DNA of 46,636 nt from contig WLPO01000001.1 of the NCBI GenBank assembly GCA_009698745.1, forward strand, positions 1 to 46,636, read 5' to 3'. The notes under the pieces were generated by a model that saw nothing but the letters and a program-made list of their open reading frames with translations, did not search any database and had not been told where the DNA came from. A program made the position numbers and the translations under genes. The DNA is from Actinomycetota bacterium (GTDB lineage Bacteria; Actinomycetota; Acidimicrobiia; Acidimicrobiales; Ilumatobacteraceae). Positions 1 to 9,539 of the stretch are shown here, piece after piece. Each line of letters begins with the position of its first letter. The stretch's first letter is position 1.

Positions 1-618
1 GAGCCACTTGTTGTTCAAGGGGTAGCGGGAGACCACGCAGAGAAGGTTGCAAGTTTGCTCGAATTGGTGGGACTCGCAGCCGATCACGCAAAGCGCTTCC
101 CACACGAGTTTTCGGGTGGGCAACGCCAGCGAGTTGGTATTGCAAGGGCCCTAGCACTCGATCCAGCACTCATTGTGCTCGACGAACCAGTGTCAGCTCT
201 CGATGTGAGCATTCAAGCAGGTGTAGTCAACTTGTTCGGCGATCTTCAGAAACGACTTGGCATGTCGTACGTATTTATTGCGCACGACTTGTCAGTGGTG
301 CGACACATTGCCGATCGAGTTGCTGTGATGTATTTGGGCAAGATTGTAGAGATCGGCGATAAGAAATCTATTTATGAGCACCCAACACATCCGTATACGA
401 AGGCACTGCTTTCGGCTGTGCCGGTTCCCAATCCAACAACAGAACGCTCCCGTTCACGAATCATGTTGGAGGGTGACGTACCCTCACCTGTAAATCCGCC
501 AACAGGATGTCGGTTCAGAACTCGCTGTTGGAAGGCCACGGATTTGTGTGCATCTACAGAGCCTGAATTGGTTGTGCGTCTAACGGGTCAGCTTTCGGCC
601 TGCCATTTCCCGGAGTAG
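1..618 (+). CDS. Oligopeptide/dipeptide-type ABC transporter ATP-binding protein (OppF/DppF-like), 5' end outside window
   Basis: Frame 1 is open from nt 1. The translated part has the ABC signature FSGGQRQR, Walker [14 protein letters not shown]-loop FIAHDL and the oligopeptide-type C-terminal extension ([18 protein letters not shown]). Confidence 0.9.
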   Translation, partial: EPLVVQGVAGDHAEKVASLLELVGLAADHAKRFPHEFSGGQRQRVGIARALALDPALIVLDEPVSALDVSIQAGVVNLFGDLQKRLGMSYVFIAHDLSVVRHIADRVAVMYLGKIVEIGDKKSIYEHPTHPYTKALLSAVPVPNPTTERSRSRIMLEGDVPSPVNPPTGCRFRTRCWKATDLCASTEPELVVRLTGQLSACHFPE

Positions 619-624
619 CAACGG

Positions 625-630
625 TAGGAT
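625..630 (+). promoter_or_regulatory. Candidate -10 box (TAGGAT) 7 nt upstream of the secG GTG
   Basis: TANNNT hexamer followed by ttggggc and then GTG at 638. The G-run could alternatively be a weak SD. Confidence 0.3.
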
Positions 631-637
631 TTGGGGC

Positions 638-874
638 GTGAGAGAGTTCATTAAAGTCATCACCATCGTTGTCAACGTGATTTCCATGTTTGCCATGATC
701 GTCGGAGTTTTGCTCCATAGCGGTCGCGGCGGCGGTCTCAGCGACATGTTCGGTGGTGGTGGATCGGCTGCATTAGGTAGTGCTGCAGCGGAACGAAACC
801 TCAACCGAATCACCACCGTGTTCGCACTGGTGTGGATATTTACGGTTGTGGCATTAGGTTTGCTCCTCGCATAG
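638..874 (+). CDS. secG: Preprotein translocase subunit SecG
   Basis: 78 aa with two TM helices flanking a Gly-rich loop (SGRGGGLSDMFGGGGS...ERNLNRIT), the typical SecG signature. GTG start. Confidence 0.9.
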   Translation: MREFIKVITIVVNVISMFAMIVGVLLHSGRGGGLSDMFGGGGSAALGSAAAERNLNRITTVFALVWIFTVVALGLLLA

Positions 875-897
875 AGATTGTAAATAAGCAGTACCAC

Positions 898-980
898 GTC
901 GGAGTGGCGAAATGGCAGACGCACCAGCTTGAGGGGCTGGCGCTCGAAAGGGCGTAGGGGTTCAAGTCCCCTCTTCGACA
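898..980 (+). tRNA. tRNA-Leu (anticodon GAG), long variable arm, CCA not encoded
   Basis: Hand-folded cloverleaf. Acceptor GTCGGAG/CTTCGAC with one G-U pair; D arm GCG-AAATGGCAGA-CGC; anticodon stem CCAGC/GCTGG with loop TTGAGGG. Variable arm is 15 nt (CGCTCGAAAGGGCGT) and the T arm is AGGGG-TTCAAGT-CCCCT; discriminator A. Confidence 0.9.
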
Positions 981-1088
981 CAAGAGTTTGGTCGCAGTCG
1001 TAGGAGATGTATCACCTACGATTGTTGGATAGTTACGCATTACACACCTGACGAGATCGCTGTTGTTCAGAAGCGAACACTTCGAGTC

Positions 1089-2297
1089 TTGGTTTTGAGC
1101 CAGATCGCTGGTTCTGCTGCACTGGCGGCCGCGGTCACTGTTGGTGCATTCGTTATTCAGGACATCCTTGGTCAAACCACTGCCTGGGGCGGTATTGCTT
1201 CAGCCACCGTGACGATGGGAACTGCGTTTATGTCGCAATTGCTTGCACGACTCATGAATGTTCGTGGGAGACGAAATGGCTTGCAAGCTGGCTACTTGCT
1301 CGCAATCTGTGGTGGTTTTATTGCAGGCTACGGAGCCGAGACGAAAACGCTCTGGATCTTTTTGCTTGGTTTATTCGTTTTCGGTAACGGCCAAGCATCA
1401 AACTTGCTTTCGCGTTACGCGGCAGCAGATTTGGCGACTACAGACGAGCGTGGGCGAGCAATGAGTCGCATTCTGTTCGCCTCAACTTTTGGTGCGGTAT
1501 TTGGTCCTTTGCTCATCAAGCCCGCTGAGCAAGCAGGTGTGCAATGGTTCGGCTGGGGCCAGTACACAGGACCATGGATATTTGCTGGAATATTTTTTCT
1601 CACATCGCTGATCAACACAACTCTTCGCCTCCGACCTGATCCGCTCGAAGTCGCGGGAAGGCTAAATCGGCAGGCCGAAATTGGGGCACCAACGAGGCTT
1701 TTTTCGGATGCAATCAAAGCAATACAGAACTCAAGTGACGCGAAGACTGCGGTTACGGCGATGGTGATTTCACAAATGGCGATGGTTGCCGTGATGACGA
1801 TGACACCAGTACATCTCAAGCTTCATGGTCATGAGACTGTGAGTGCTTACATAATTTCGCTCCATATTGCCGGCATGTATGCATTTAGTCCGCTTGTCGG
1901 AAGATTTGCCGATCGTCGTGGACGATTGGCGACCATTCAGGTTGGTGCCTTGGTGCTCATGGGGGCGACTCTGCTGTCATCACTTGCGGGTGACGCACCC
2001 ATTTTGCTCTTTCCCGCTTTATGGATGCTCGGAGTTGGTTGGAGTTTTGGCCTCATCGGTGGATCGAGTCTGCTTGTTGATTCGATTGATCAACAGATTC
2101 GGGTTCGCGTACAGGGTGCTGCAGATCTCACCATGAGTTTCTGTGGTGGCCTTGCTGGTTTTTCGAGTGGTTTCATTCGCAAAGCCGTCGGTTATCACGT
2201 GCTGTCGAACATCGGAACCTTGTTAGCTGGTATTTTGCTCGTTGTGGTGATGTGGAGAAAATCGGGTAAATCGAGCAAGTTGGATGGCGTCCTGTGA
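1089..2297 (+). CDS. MFS transporter
   Basis: 402 aa, about 12 predicted TM segments with a central loop typical of MFS. The first canonical start is TTG at 1089, but the reading frame stays open and MFS-like upstream (see findings). Confidence 0.8.
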   Translation: MVLSQIAGSAALAAAVTVGAFVIQDILGQTTAWGGIASATVTMGTAFMSQLLARLMNVRGRRNGLQAGYLLAICGGFIAGYGAETKTLWIFLLGLFVFGNGQASNLLSRYAAADLATTDERGRAMSRILFASTFGAVFGPLLIKPAEQAGVQWFGWGQYTGPWIFAGIFFLTSLINTTLRLRPDPLEVAGRLNRQAEIGAPTRLFSDAIKAIQNSSDAKTAVTAMVISQMAMVAVMTMTPVHLKLHGHETVSAYIISLHIAGMYAFSPLVGRFADRRGRLATIQVGALVLMGATLLSSLAGDAPILLFPALWMLGVGWSFGLIGGSSLLVDSIDQQIRVRVQGAADLTMSFCGGLAGFSSGFIRKAVGYHVLSNIGTLLAGILLVVVMWRKSGKSSKLDGVL

Positions 2298-3583
2298 CTT
2301 GGAAAAACTGGGCTGGCAATCAAAAGGCAAATCCGATCAAGGTTCACCGACCACAATGTGAGTCGGACATAGTTGCCGTTGTGGGTTACGCAACGGCTTT
2401 GCGTCAGCGTGTGAAGGTCGTTGGGTCTGGTCACAGTTTCACTGCGATTGCTGTAGCGCCCGATCATCTGGTGGAAATGACTCGCTACAACAAGGTGATT
2501 GGACTCGACGCTGATCGTTTAGAAGTGACGGTCGAGTCGGGGATTGTGATTAGCGATTTGAATGAATTTCTCGCTGATGCGGGATTTGCAATGCCGAATC
2601 TTGGGGACGTGACGTACCAAACAATTTCTGGAGCACTTTCGACGTCAACGCATGGAACTGGATCTTTACGAACAGGACTCGCTGCTCAGATCACGGCTTT
2701 TCGACTTGTTGTTGCAAGTGGCGATGTTTTGCAATGCTCGGCAGATGAGAATCCCGAAGTGTTTCATTGCGGCCGAGTCGGTCTTGGTGCTTTGGGTATT
2801 TTGAGTTCAATTACATTACGAATTGTTCCGGCATTCCGTTTGCACGCAATTGAAGAACCAATGCGTGTGGATACTTTGCTCACCAATTTGGATAAACATG
2901 TTAGTGAAAACGATTTCTTCGAGTTCTACTGGATCCCTCATACGGGTTGGGCTCTCACCAAGCGAAACAATGTGACTGACAAGCCTGCCGATCCACCTGC
3001 TCGTTTCAGAACGTGGGTCAACAAAATGTTGCTAGAAAATATTGCCTTCGGTGCACTGTGTTATGTGGGTCGACTCATGCCATTTCTTATTCCGCGACTG
3101 TCGAAAGCATTGCCGAGCTCGGGTAGAACCGAATACGTGAATGCAAGTCACCGAATTTTTGCAAGTAAGCGCTTAGTGCGGTTTTATGAGATGGAGTATT
3201 CGATCCGACGAGATGCGGTGGTAGAGGCGTTGAATCGCGTGCGTCGCATGGTCGATGATTGTGGTTTCTTGCTCAATTTTCCCGTAGAGGTGCGCTTTAC
3301 TGCAGGCGACGACATTCCACTTTCAACCGGCAGCGGTCGAGACAATGCGTACATTGCGGTACATGTGTTCAAAGGTATGAAATATGAGCCGTATTTCCGT
3401 GAAGTAGAAGCGATCATGAGTGATTATGAGGGTCGACCTCACTGGGGAAAGATTCATTTCAAGACAGCGGAGTCGCTCGAGCCCCTGTATCCTGAATGGA
3501 AGCGTTATATCGAAGTTCGGAACCGTCTCGATCCCGAGGGTGTGTTCACAAACGACTATTTGCGTCGTGTGTTGGGTCGCTAG
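2294..3583 (+). CDS. FAD-linked oxidase, L-gulono-/D-arabinono-1,4-lactone oxidase/dehydrogenase family
   Basis: N-terminal WxNWAGNQ and VVGSGHSFT FAD-binding (PCMH) motifs. C-terminal ALO-type motif GRPHWGK. GTG start overlaps the MFS stop (GTGA). Confidence 0.85.
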   Translation: MTWKNWAGNQKANPIKVHRPQCESDIVAVVGYATALRQRVKVVGSGHSFTAIAVAPDHLVEMTRYNKVIGLDADRLEVTVESGIVISDLNEFLADAGFAMPNLGDVTYQTISGALSTSTHGTGSLRTGLAAQITAFRLVVASGDVLQCSADENPEVFHCGRVGLGALGILSSITLRIVPAFRLHAIEEPMRVDTLLTNLDKHVSENDFFEFYWIPHTGWALTKRNNVTDKPADPPARFRTWVNKMLLENIAFGALCYVGRLMPFLIPRLSKALPSSGRTEYVNASHRIFASKRLVRFYEMEYSIRRDAVVEALNRVRRMVDDCGFLLNFPVEVRFTAGDDIPLSTGSGRDNAYIAVHVFKGMKYEPYFREVEAIMSDYEGRPHWGKIHFKTAESLEPLYPEWKRYIEVRNRLDPEGVFTNDYLRRVLGR

Positions 3584-3630
3584 TTAGCCCCAACCGTAGA
3601 TAAACCCCCTAGGTAATTGAGGAGAATTTC

Positions 3631-4830
3631 ATGACTAAGAGTTGGACCGCGCTCGGCGTACCCGAGAGAATCGTTGCAGGCCTATTGAAGCGAGGAATCG
3701 CGGAGCCGTTTCCAGTGCAGGCAGCAACAATCCCAGAATCATTGATGGGACTGGACATTTGTGGCAAGGCACCTACAGGCTCGGGCAAAACCCTTGCTTT
3801 CGGTATTGCATTGGCTGTCAAAGTTGTCAAAGCCAAGCCAGGCCGCCCACATGGATTGGTGCTCGTGCCAACCCGTGAGCTTGCTGCTCAGGTTGCAAAA
3901 GAAGTTGCAATGTTGTGTGCGGGTGGTGGCATTACCGTTGCTGCTGTTTACGGTGGCGCTGGTTATGGCCCACAAGTAAAGGCTGCTCGTGCCGCAAGCA
4001 TCGTTGTGGCAACCCCAGGTCGTCTTGAGGACTTGATGAAGCGCCGCGATCTCGATTTGGGTGCAGTTGCACTCGTAGTTATTGACGAGGCCGACCGTAT
4101 GGCCGACATGGGCTTTATGCCAGCAGTGAAGCGCATTATGCGAACCATTCCTGGTGGCCGTCAAACCTTGTTGTTCTCGGCAACGCTTGATGGTGATGTC
4201 GACAACTTGATTCGTGAATTTCAGCGAGATCCGAAAAAGCATCAGGTAGCAGCCGCTGAAAATGGTGGCGAGATTGAGCATTTATTTTGGAACGTCAACC
4301 GCGACGAGCGAACTCGAATGGTTGCAGAAATTGCAAATCATTACGAACGTGCCATCGTGTTTTGTCGCACCAAGCATGGTTCTGACCGATTAGCAGGCAA
4401 TCTTGAGTCATTGGGTGTAGAGACCTGTGTTATTCACGGAAATCGTAGTCAAGCCCAGCGTGAGCGTGCGCTTGAGCAGTTTCGACGAGGCAAAGCAACA
4501 GTGATGGTTGCGACCGATGTTGCTGCTCGTGGTATTCACATTGATGCAGTGCCTGTTGTGGTGCACTTTGATTTGCCAGAAGATCCAAAAGACTACATTC
4601 ACCGTTCGGGCCGCACAGGTCGTGCAGGCGAGAAGGGTGTAGTTATCTCGTTTGTTGATAAGTCGATACGTAGATCAACAACGCAGTTGACAAAGAACAT
4701 GCCGTTCGATGTTGTGTTTGTTGATCCGCAGTTCGTTGACACCTCTGTGCCTGCACAGTCACCGCGACCTGGCTCAATCGGCACGGTTCGTACGCTTGCA
4801 CTTATTGGTGCAGGCCCTCAGCCTGAGTAG
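3631..4830 (+). CDS. DEAD-box ATP-dependent RNA helicase
   Basis: Q motif (PFPVQ), motif I APTGSGKT, motif II DEAD (VIDEADRM), SAT, and motif VI HRSGRTGRAG. Strong SD GAGGAG lies 7 nt upstream of the ATG. Confidence 0.95.
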   Translation: MTKSWTALGVPERIVAGLLKRGIAEPFPVQAATIPESLMGLDICGKAPTGSGKTLAFGIALAVKVVKAKPGRPHGLVLVPTRELAAQVAKEVAMLCAGGGITVAAVYGGAGYGPQVKAARAASIVVATPGRLEDLMKRRDLDLGAVALVVIDEADRMADMGFMPAVKRIMRTIPGGRQTLLFSATLDGDVDNLIREFQRDPKKHQVAAAENGGEIEHLFWNVNRDERTRMVAEIANHYERAIVFCRTKHGSDRLAGNLESLGVETCVIHGNRSQAQRERALEQFRRGKATVMVATDVAARGIHIDAVPVVVHFDLPEDPKDYIHRSGRTGRAGEKGVVISFVDKSIRRSTTQLTKNMPFDVVFVDPQFVDTSVPAQSPRPGSIGTVRTLALIGAGPQPE

Positions 4831-4831
4831 T

Positions 4832-4881
4832 TCACAAGCAAATATCTTGTGGCAAGTCACAAGCAAATATCTTGTGGCCGT
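4832..4881. repeat. 25-bp tandem direct repeat (2 copies, 22/25 identical), each containing a CACAAG-N7-CTTGTG hairpin
   Basis: tcacaagcaaatatcttgtggc occurs at 4832-4853 and 4857-4878. The second copy encodes the last 7 codons plus the stop of the minus-strand gene 4857-7127. The repeat lies between convergent genes. Confidence 0.95.
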
Positions 4882-7127
4882 ACTGGAACTCGTAGTAGTG
4901 CTTTTCCGGTTGCTGATCGAATTGCAGCGACGATTGCAGGTGTCACTGATATACAAGGTGGTTCGCCAATGCCTTTAGCGCCGAGTGGCGCTTGAGGTTC
5001 TGGCTCCTCAATCATGATCGCGACTACTCGTGGAGCATCCAGTGCGGTCGGCAATAGATAGTCGGTAAAGCTTGGGTTTTTAACACGACCATTGTCCATG
5101 ATGATCTCTTCCATGACAGCAAGACCAAGACCCTGCGCGATACCGCCTTCAAGCTGACCAATCGCCGATAATGGGTTGAGGACTCGTCCGACATCTTGCG
5201 CCGTAGCAATCTGTACAACCTTGACCAATCCAAGTTCGACGTCAACGTCAACTACGGCTCGATGGGCAACGAAGGCAAATGCAACGTGACAGTTGCCTTG
5301 ACCATTTTCGTCCAGATCTTCAGTCTTGCGGTGATGATGCTCAAAAGTCTCAGAGATGGTGATGCCTTGTGTTGCATCGGAGACACTGATGCGGAACGTT
5401 CCAACCGTATCGATGATGTCGGTATTCTCTACCATCAATCGAATTGGGTCAATGTTGTGAAGTTTTCCCACATGCTCAAAAAGACGCTCGCGAACCAATC
5501 GGCACGCACCATCGACGGCGCCACCGCTCATCCATGTTTGCCTAGAGGCAGAAGTTGATCCCGCTGAACCAATCTGTGTGTCGGACGTTTCGAGAACGAC
5601 TTCATCGATTCCGAGAACGCTTCGAGCTATCTGTGGCGCAAGAGTCACGAAGCCTTGTCCAACTTCGGACGTTGCAAATTTGAGCGATGCAACACCATCG
5701 GAGAGTGTGCAGCGTGCAGTTGCATAATCATCAAATCCCTCTGAATACATCAAGTTTTTGATGGAGACACCCCAGCCAACACCTCGAATGATGTTGTGTC
5801 TATCTGCCGTGCGACCGCTGCCACCCGGAAACTCAAGAACATTGGCCTTCTGTGACATCGGTTCTGGCATTGGTATTGCGTCGGTTTCACGGATGCAACG
5901 TTCGACTGGCGCGACACTTTCAACCGTTTGACCAGTGATGAGCTTGTCGCCAGTACGCATTGCGTTCTTGAGGCGAACATCAACCGGTGAAAGACCGCAC
6001 GCTGCTGCCAACAAATCCATTTGGCTTTCGTGAGCAAAACAGGCTTGTACGACACCAAAACCACGCATTGCACCACATGGTGGATTGTTGGTGCGTACGG
6101 CATAGCCGTCAACAATCGCGTTGTCGCACTGGTACGGCCCTTGAGTGTGAGTGATTCCGTTGATCAAGACTGCAGGGGAGGTACTCGTATAGGCGCCACC
6201 GTCGAAAACCATGCGGGATTCAATCTTGACGATTTTTCCGTCCTTGGTTGCGTGATGCTTCATCCAGATTTTGGCAGGATGGCGATGCACGTGTCCAAAG
6301 AAACTTTCTTCTCGGCTGTACTGCATTTTGATCGGTTTACCAGTGCGGAGAGCAAGCAAACAACAGTGAACCTGCAAACTAATGTCTTCACGCGCCCCGA
6401 ATGCGCCACCAACTCCGCCAAGCACGAGCCGAACATTCTCTTCTGGAAGCGCCAAACAAGCTGCTATCTGACCGCGATCTTCGTGCAACCATTGAGTGGC
6501 AATATGCAGTTCAACTCCATTTCCACCCGAATCGGGAAAAGCCATGGCGGCTTCAAGGCCAAGAAATGCTTGATCCTGCATTCCAATCGTGTAATTGCCT
6601 TCAACAGTTATATCTGATGCTGCGTTGGGGTCGCCATGCACAATGTGCTGATGCCGGATGAGGTTTCCGTCAGGATGAATCAGTTCGGTAGATGAAAGCA
6701 TTGCAAGTTCCGGGTCTACAACAGGAGTGAGTACTTCATAGTTGACGATGATTGCCTCAAGGGCTCGTCGGCAGGTTTCTGGATGATCTGCAGCGACAAT
6801 TGCGACTGGCTCGCCCATATAGCGCACATATTCGGATGCAAAGACGGGTTGGTCTGCGGAAATGAGACCGTAAGTTGCCTTGCCGGGAACATCTTGTGCA
6901 GTGAGCACTGCTGAGACACCGCTGATAAGTAGGGCAGGCGTTGTGTCAATTGAAATAATGCGGGCGTATGGATGAGGAGAGCGAAGTGTTGCACCCCACA
7001 ACATGTTTTCAGCCCACATATCCGAGGAAAATGAGAACGCGCCGGTAACTTTTGCAACTCCATCTGGGCGAAGTGCGCTGGCACCGAGAGTGTCTCTAGA
7101 ACGAACATCTTGTTTAGTGGCGCTCAT
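4857..7127 (-). CDS. Xanthine dehydrogenase/aldehyde oxidase-family molybdopterin-binding large subunit (CoxL/XdhB-like, non-CODH)
   Basis: 756 aa with an a/b-hammerhead N-terminus, GGAFGARED, RTNNPPCGAMRGFG (XDH type, not the CODH AYRCSFR loop) and a catalytic-Glu motif GIGEPP near the C-terminus. ATGA overlap with the upstream FeS subunit. Confidence 0.9.
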   Translation of the reverse strand: MSATKQDVRSRDTLGASALRPDGVAKVTGAFSFSSDMWAENMLWGATLRSPHPYARIISIDTTPALLISGVSAVLTAQDVPGKATYGLISADQPVFASEYVRYMGEPVAIVAADHPETCRRALEAIIVNYEVLTPVVDPELAMLSSTELIHPDGNLIRHQHIVHGDPNAASDITVEGNYTIGMQDQAFLGLEAAMAFPDSGGNGVELHIATQWLHEDRGQIAACLALPEENVRLVLGGVGGAFGAREDISLQVHCCLLALRTGKPIKMQYSREESFFGHVHRHPAKIWMKHHATKDGKIVKIESRMVFDGGAYTSTSPAVLINGITHTQGPYQCDNAIVDGYAVRTNNPPCGAMRGFGVVQACFAHESQMDLLAAACGLSPVDVRLKNAMRTGDKLITGQTVESVAPVERCIRETDAIPMPEPMSQKANVLEFPGGSGRTADRHNIIRGVGWGVSIKNLMYSEGFDDYATARCTLSDGVASLKFATSEVGQGFVTLAPQIARSVLGIDEVVLETSDTQIGSAGSTSASRQTWMSGGAVDGACRLVRERLFEHVGKLHNIDPIRLMVENTDIIDTVGTFRISVSDATQGITISETFEHHHRKTEDLDENGQGNCHVAFAFVAHRAVVDVDVELGLVKVVQIATAQDVGRVLNPLSAIGQLEGGIAQGLGLAVMEEIIMDNGRVKNPSFTDYLLPTALDAPRVVAIMIEEPEPQAPLGAKGIGEPPCISVTPAIVAAIRSATGKALLRVPVRPQDICL

Positions 7128-7654
7128 GAATTGGCCTTTCGAACTTGAACGACCGCTTCAACCGCAGCGAAGATACGTCCATAGCCTGTGCAGCGACAAA
7201 TATTGCCAGAAATAGATTCCTTCACTTCAAGTTCGGTTGGATCTGGGTTCTTGTCAAGGAGGTGATGCACAGCAACGATCAAGCCAGGAGTGCAAAAACC
7301 GCACTGCACTCCGCCTTCTGTAATGAAAGCCTGTTGAACATCTGTTACCTGGCTTGTTATCGCGTGAGCAGTGACCGCCATCGTGGGGTTTTGTTCAACC
7401 AGACCTTCGACGGTGACGATTTCGGATCCAACTGCAGTTGCAGCCATCACCAAACATGAGCACACTGCATCGCCGTCCATCAACACGGTGCAACTTCCGC
7501 ATTCGCCCTGCTCGCATGCGCCTTTGGCCCCGGGAAGTCCTAGACGTTCGCGCAAAACGTAGAGCAGGCTTTCGCCAACCCATGCATCCATAACCGCACG
7601 GTCTTGTCCGTTTACATGTAGCGAGTACATTTCGTTTCCAATTGGGTCGTTCAT
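7124..7654 (-). CDS. (2Fe-2S)-binding small subunit of a molybdenum hydroxylase (CoxS-like)
   Basis: 176 aa carrying CEQGECGSCTV (plant-type cluster) and QCGFCTPG...CRCTGY (second cluster). Confidence 0.95.
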   Translation of the reverse strand: MNDPIGNEMYSLHVNGQDRAVMDAWVGESLLYVLRERLGLPGAKGACEQGECGSCTVLMDGDAVCSCLVMAATAVGSEIVTVEGLVEQNPTMAVTAHAITSQVTDVQQAFITEGGVQCGFCTPGLIVAVHHLLDKNPDPTELEVKESISGNICRCTGYGRIFAAVEAVVQVRKANS

Positions 7655-8499
7655 GATGGATAAGCCCTTGTGATGAGTCGTTGCGCAAGCACCGATACTG
7701 CGTGCCGGCGGTATTCAGCAGTAGAACGGTGATCATCGATTGGTTTTGATTCGAGCGCTACGCGTCGACCGAACTCTTTTGCCAAATCGAGTTCAATCTT
7801 GGTTGAAGTTGAAAGATCGAACTGTTGCGTGAGCCAAGACTCCGCGTCGCGACAACGAATAATGGTTGGGCCAACTGCGCCAAGCGCAATACGAACAGAC
7901 TTCGTGGGCTTGTCGACTGCCAAGCACGCAGATGCAACCGATATGACCATCGCGTTTCGAACACCAACTTTTGTGTAACCTTGCCAACCGTTCAGTACTG
8001 GAATAGTCACTGCCGTGATGATTTCGTTTGCGTTGCGAGCATTTCGTTTGACACCTAGCATGAAATCGTGAATTGAGAGTTGGCGCGATACTTCGTTGCT
8101 TTGCAGATGAACAACTGCATCTACAGCAAACAGCACTGGCAATCCATCTCCAGCAGGTGAGCACGTTCCCAAATTGCCACCGAGGGTACCGGCAGCTCGA
8201 ATTTGAGGTGATCCAACTGTTCGTGCTGCTTCAGCGAGAGCAGGTACGAGTTGTTTGAGTTCTCCGGTCTCCATCTCTTGATAAGGCACACCAGCACCGA
8301 TTGTGATTGAGCCATCGGTGTTCTTTGTCCAAGTGCGCAACTCTTTAATGCGTCGTAATGCGATGATGTTGTGTGGCTTGAGGTGATTGAAATTGATCTC
8401 AACCATCATGTCTGTGCCACCCTGAATAAGGCGCGCGTCGGGGTTACTCGACAAGGCGTCGAGCGCCTCACTGATGGTGAGTGGTATTGCAACGGTCAT
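7651..8499 (-). CDS. FAD-binding medium subunit of a molybdenum hydroxylase (CoxM/XdhA FAD domain-like)
   Basis: 282 aa with GGTDMMVE and AGTLGGNL motifs of the CO dehydrogenase flavoprotein family. ATGA overlaps on both sides. Confidence 0.9.
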   Translation of the reverse strand: MTVAIPLTISEALDALSSNPDARLIQGGTDMMVEINFNHLKPHNIIALRRIKELRTWTKNTDGSITIGAGVPYQEMETGELKQLVPALAEAARTVGSPQIRAAGTLGGNLGTCSPAGDGLPVLFAVDAVVHLQSNEVSRQLSIHDFMLGVKRNARNANEIITAVTIPVLNGWQGYTKVGVRNAMVISVASACLAVDKPTKSVRIALGAVGPTIIRCRDAESWLTQQFDLSTSTKIELDLAKEFGRRVALESKPIDDHRSTAEYRRHAVSVLAQRLITRAYPS

Positions 8500-9539
8500 T
8501 GAATGCCATCCCAGTCCGCGAAAGTATCGATCATTGCCTTAACATCGCCGAGCGGATACAAAATAGGGCAAGTTGCCCCGTTGTCGATGTAATGCTTCAC
8601 GCTTGCTCGAACTTCAGCTGGAGTACCACTGGCGGTGAGCATTTGCACGATTTCGTCCGGTACCAATTTTGAGGCCGCTGTAACTTGCTCGTGAGTAGCC
8701 GGCCATGTCAAAACTTCACCAACTTTGTCAAGCAGACTTTGCGGAACACCTGAAGCTTTCATGATGTGCGGTTGTTGACCAAGATATTGAGTTACCATTT
8801 CGCGAGCCATGTTGAGTGCAGTCTTGCGATCCTCGTGCACACTGCACACGACGAGTTGTGGCCTGTCGATATCCGCAATTTTGCGGCCGGCCTTATCGGC
8901 ACCAGCAGTGAGAGCCTCAATGGCTTGCTTGTTGTAATCGGGGGAAACCAAGTAGTTGAGGACAACTCCATCGGCGATTTCTCCCGTGAGTTCCATCATC
9001 TGCATGCCAGTTGCACCGATATAGATCGGCACGTCTTTCGCGCGACGTTCTTGATAGACGTAATCCAATTCAATTCCATCGAACTTTACGAACTCGCCAT
9101 CAAACGTGACGGTCTCGTTGTGTAAAAGCGCTCGAACATTGAGCACGATCTCGCGCATTGCACGCAGCGGTTTGGCGCGAGATATGCCAACCTTCTGCGC
9201 CAACGGATCCCACCATGCGCCAATTCCGAGAATCACACGACCTGGAGCAAGGTCATCGAGAGTAGAGAATGTCGCGGCTAGTCGAGCTGGGTTGCGGCTC
9301 CAACAATCGACAACTCCTGAACCAACCTTGATCGTTTTAGTTACTGATGCGAAAGCAGCCATTGGCACTGTTGCTTCTCGAACAAGACGACTTTCAGCCT
9401 GCCACACAGCCTCAAAGCCCTTTGACTCTGCATATTGCGCGTACTCCATGCCTTCGCGAATGCGGTGGGCGTCTTGTAGATAGATGGCTACGCGAGCCTT
9501 GCCAGTTGCAGGATTAATTGCCTGAGTTGGTAATGACAT
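8496..9539 (-). CDS. LLM-class (luciferase-like) flavin/F420-dependent oxidoreductase
   Basis: 347 aa TIM-barrel LLM pattern ([31 protein letters not shown]). The cofactor (FMN vs F420) cannot be decided by eye. Confidence 0.8.
   Translation of the reverse strand: MSLPTQAINPATGKARVAIYLQDAHRIREGMEYAQYAESKGFEAVWQAESRLVREATVPMAAFASVTKTIKVGSGVVDCWSRNPARLAATFSTLDDLAPGRVILGIGAWWDPLAQKVGISRAKPLRAMREIVLNVRALLHNETVTFDGEFVKFDGIELDYVYQERRAKDVPIYIGATGMQMMELTGEIADGVVLNYLVSPDYNKQAIEALTAGADKAGRKIADIDRPQLVVCSVHEDRKTALNMAREMVTQYLGQQPHIMKASGVPQSLLDKVGEVLTWPATHEQVTAASKLVPDEIVQMLTASGTPAEVRASVKHYIDNGATCPILYPLGDVKAMIDTFADWDGIQ

Noticed and set aside
580-981. 133-aa minus-strand ORF spanning secG and the tRNA-Leu
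   Set aside because: It lies antisense to a clearly recognisable secG and to a well-folding tRNA. Its Pro/Arg-rich translation is low-complexity and typical of a shadow ORF.
3739-4281. Antisense or alternate-frame ORFs inside strong genes (also 6021-6617, 26526-26912, 29175-29636, 30812-31297, 37858-38313 and 41130-41660)
   Set aside because: Each is fully embedded in a gene with unambiguous family motifs on the other strand or frame. Their translations show no motifs and have skewed, shadow-like composition.
4857-8499. Aerobic carbon monoxide dehydrogenase (coxMSL)
   Set aside because: The gene order matches coxMSL. However, the large subunit has the XDH-type loop GAMRGFG rather than the CODH AYRCSFR (form I) or AYRGAGR (form II) loop, and no coxDEFG accessory genes are present.
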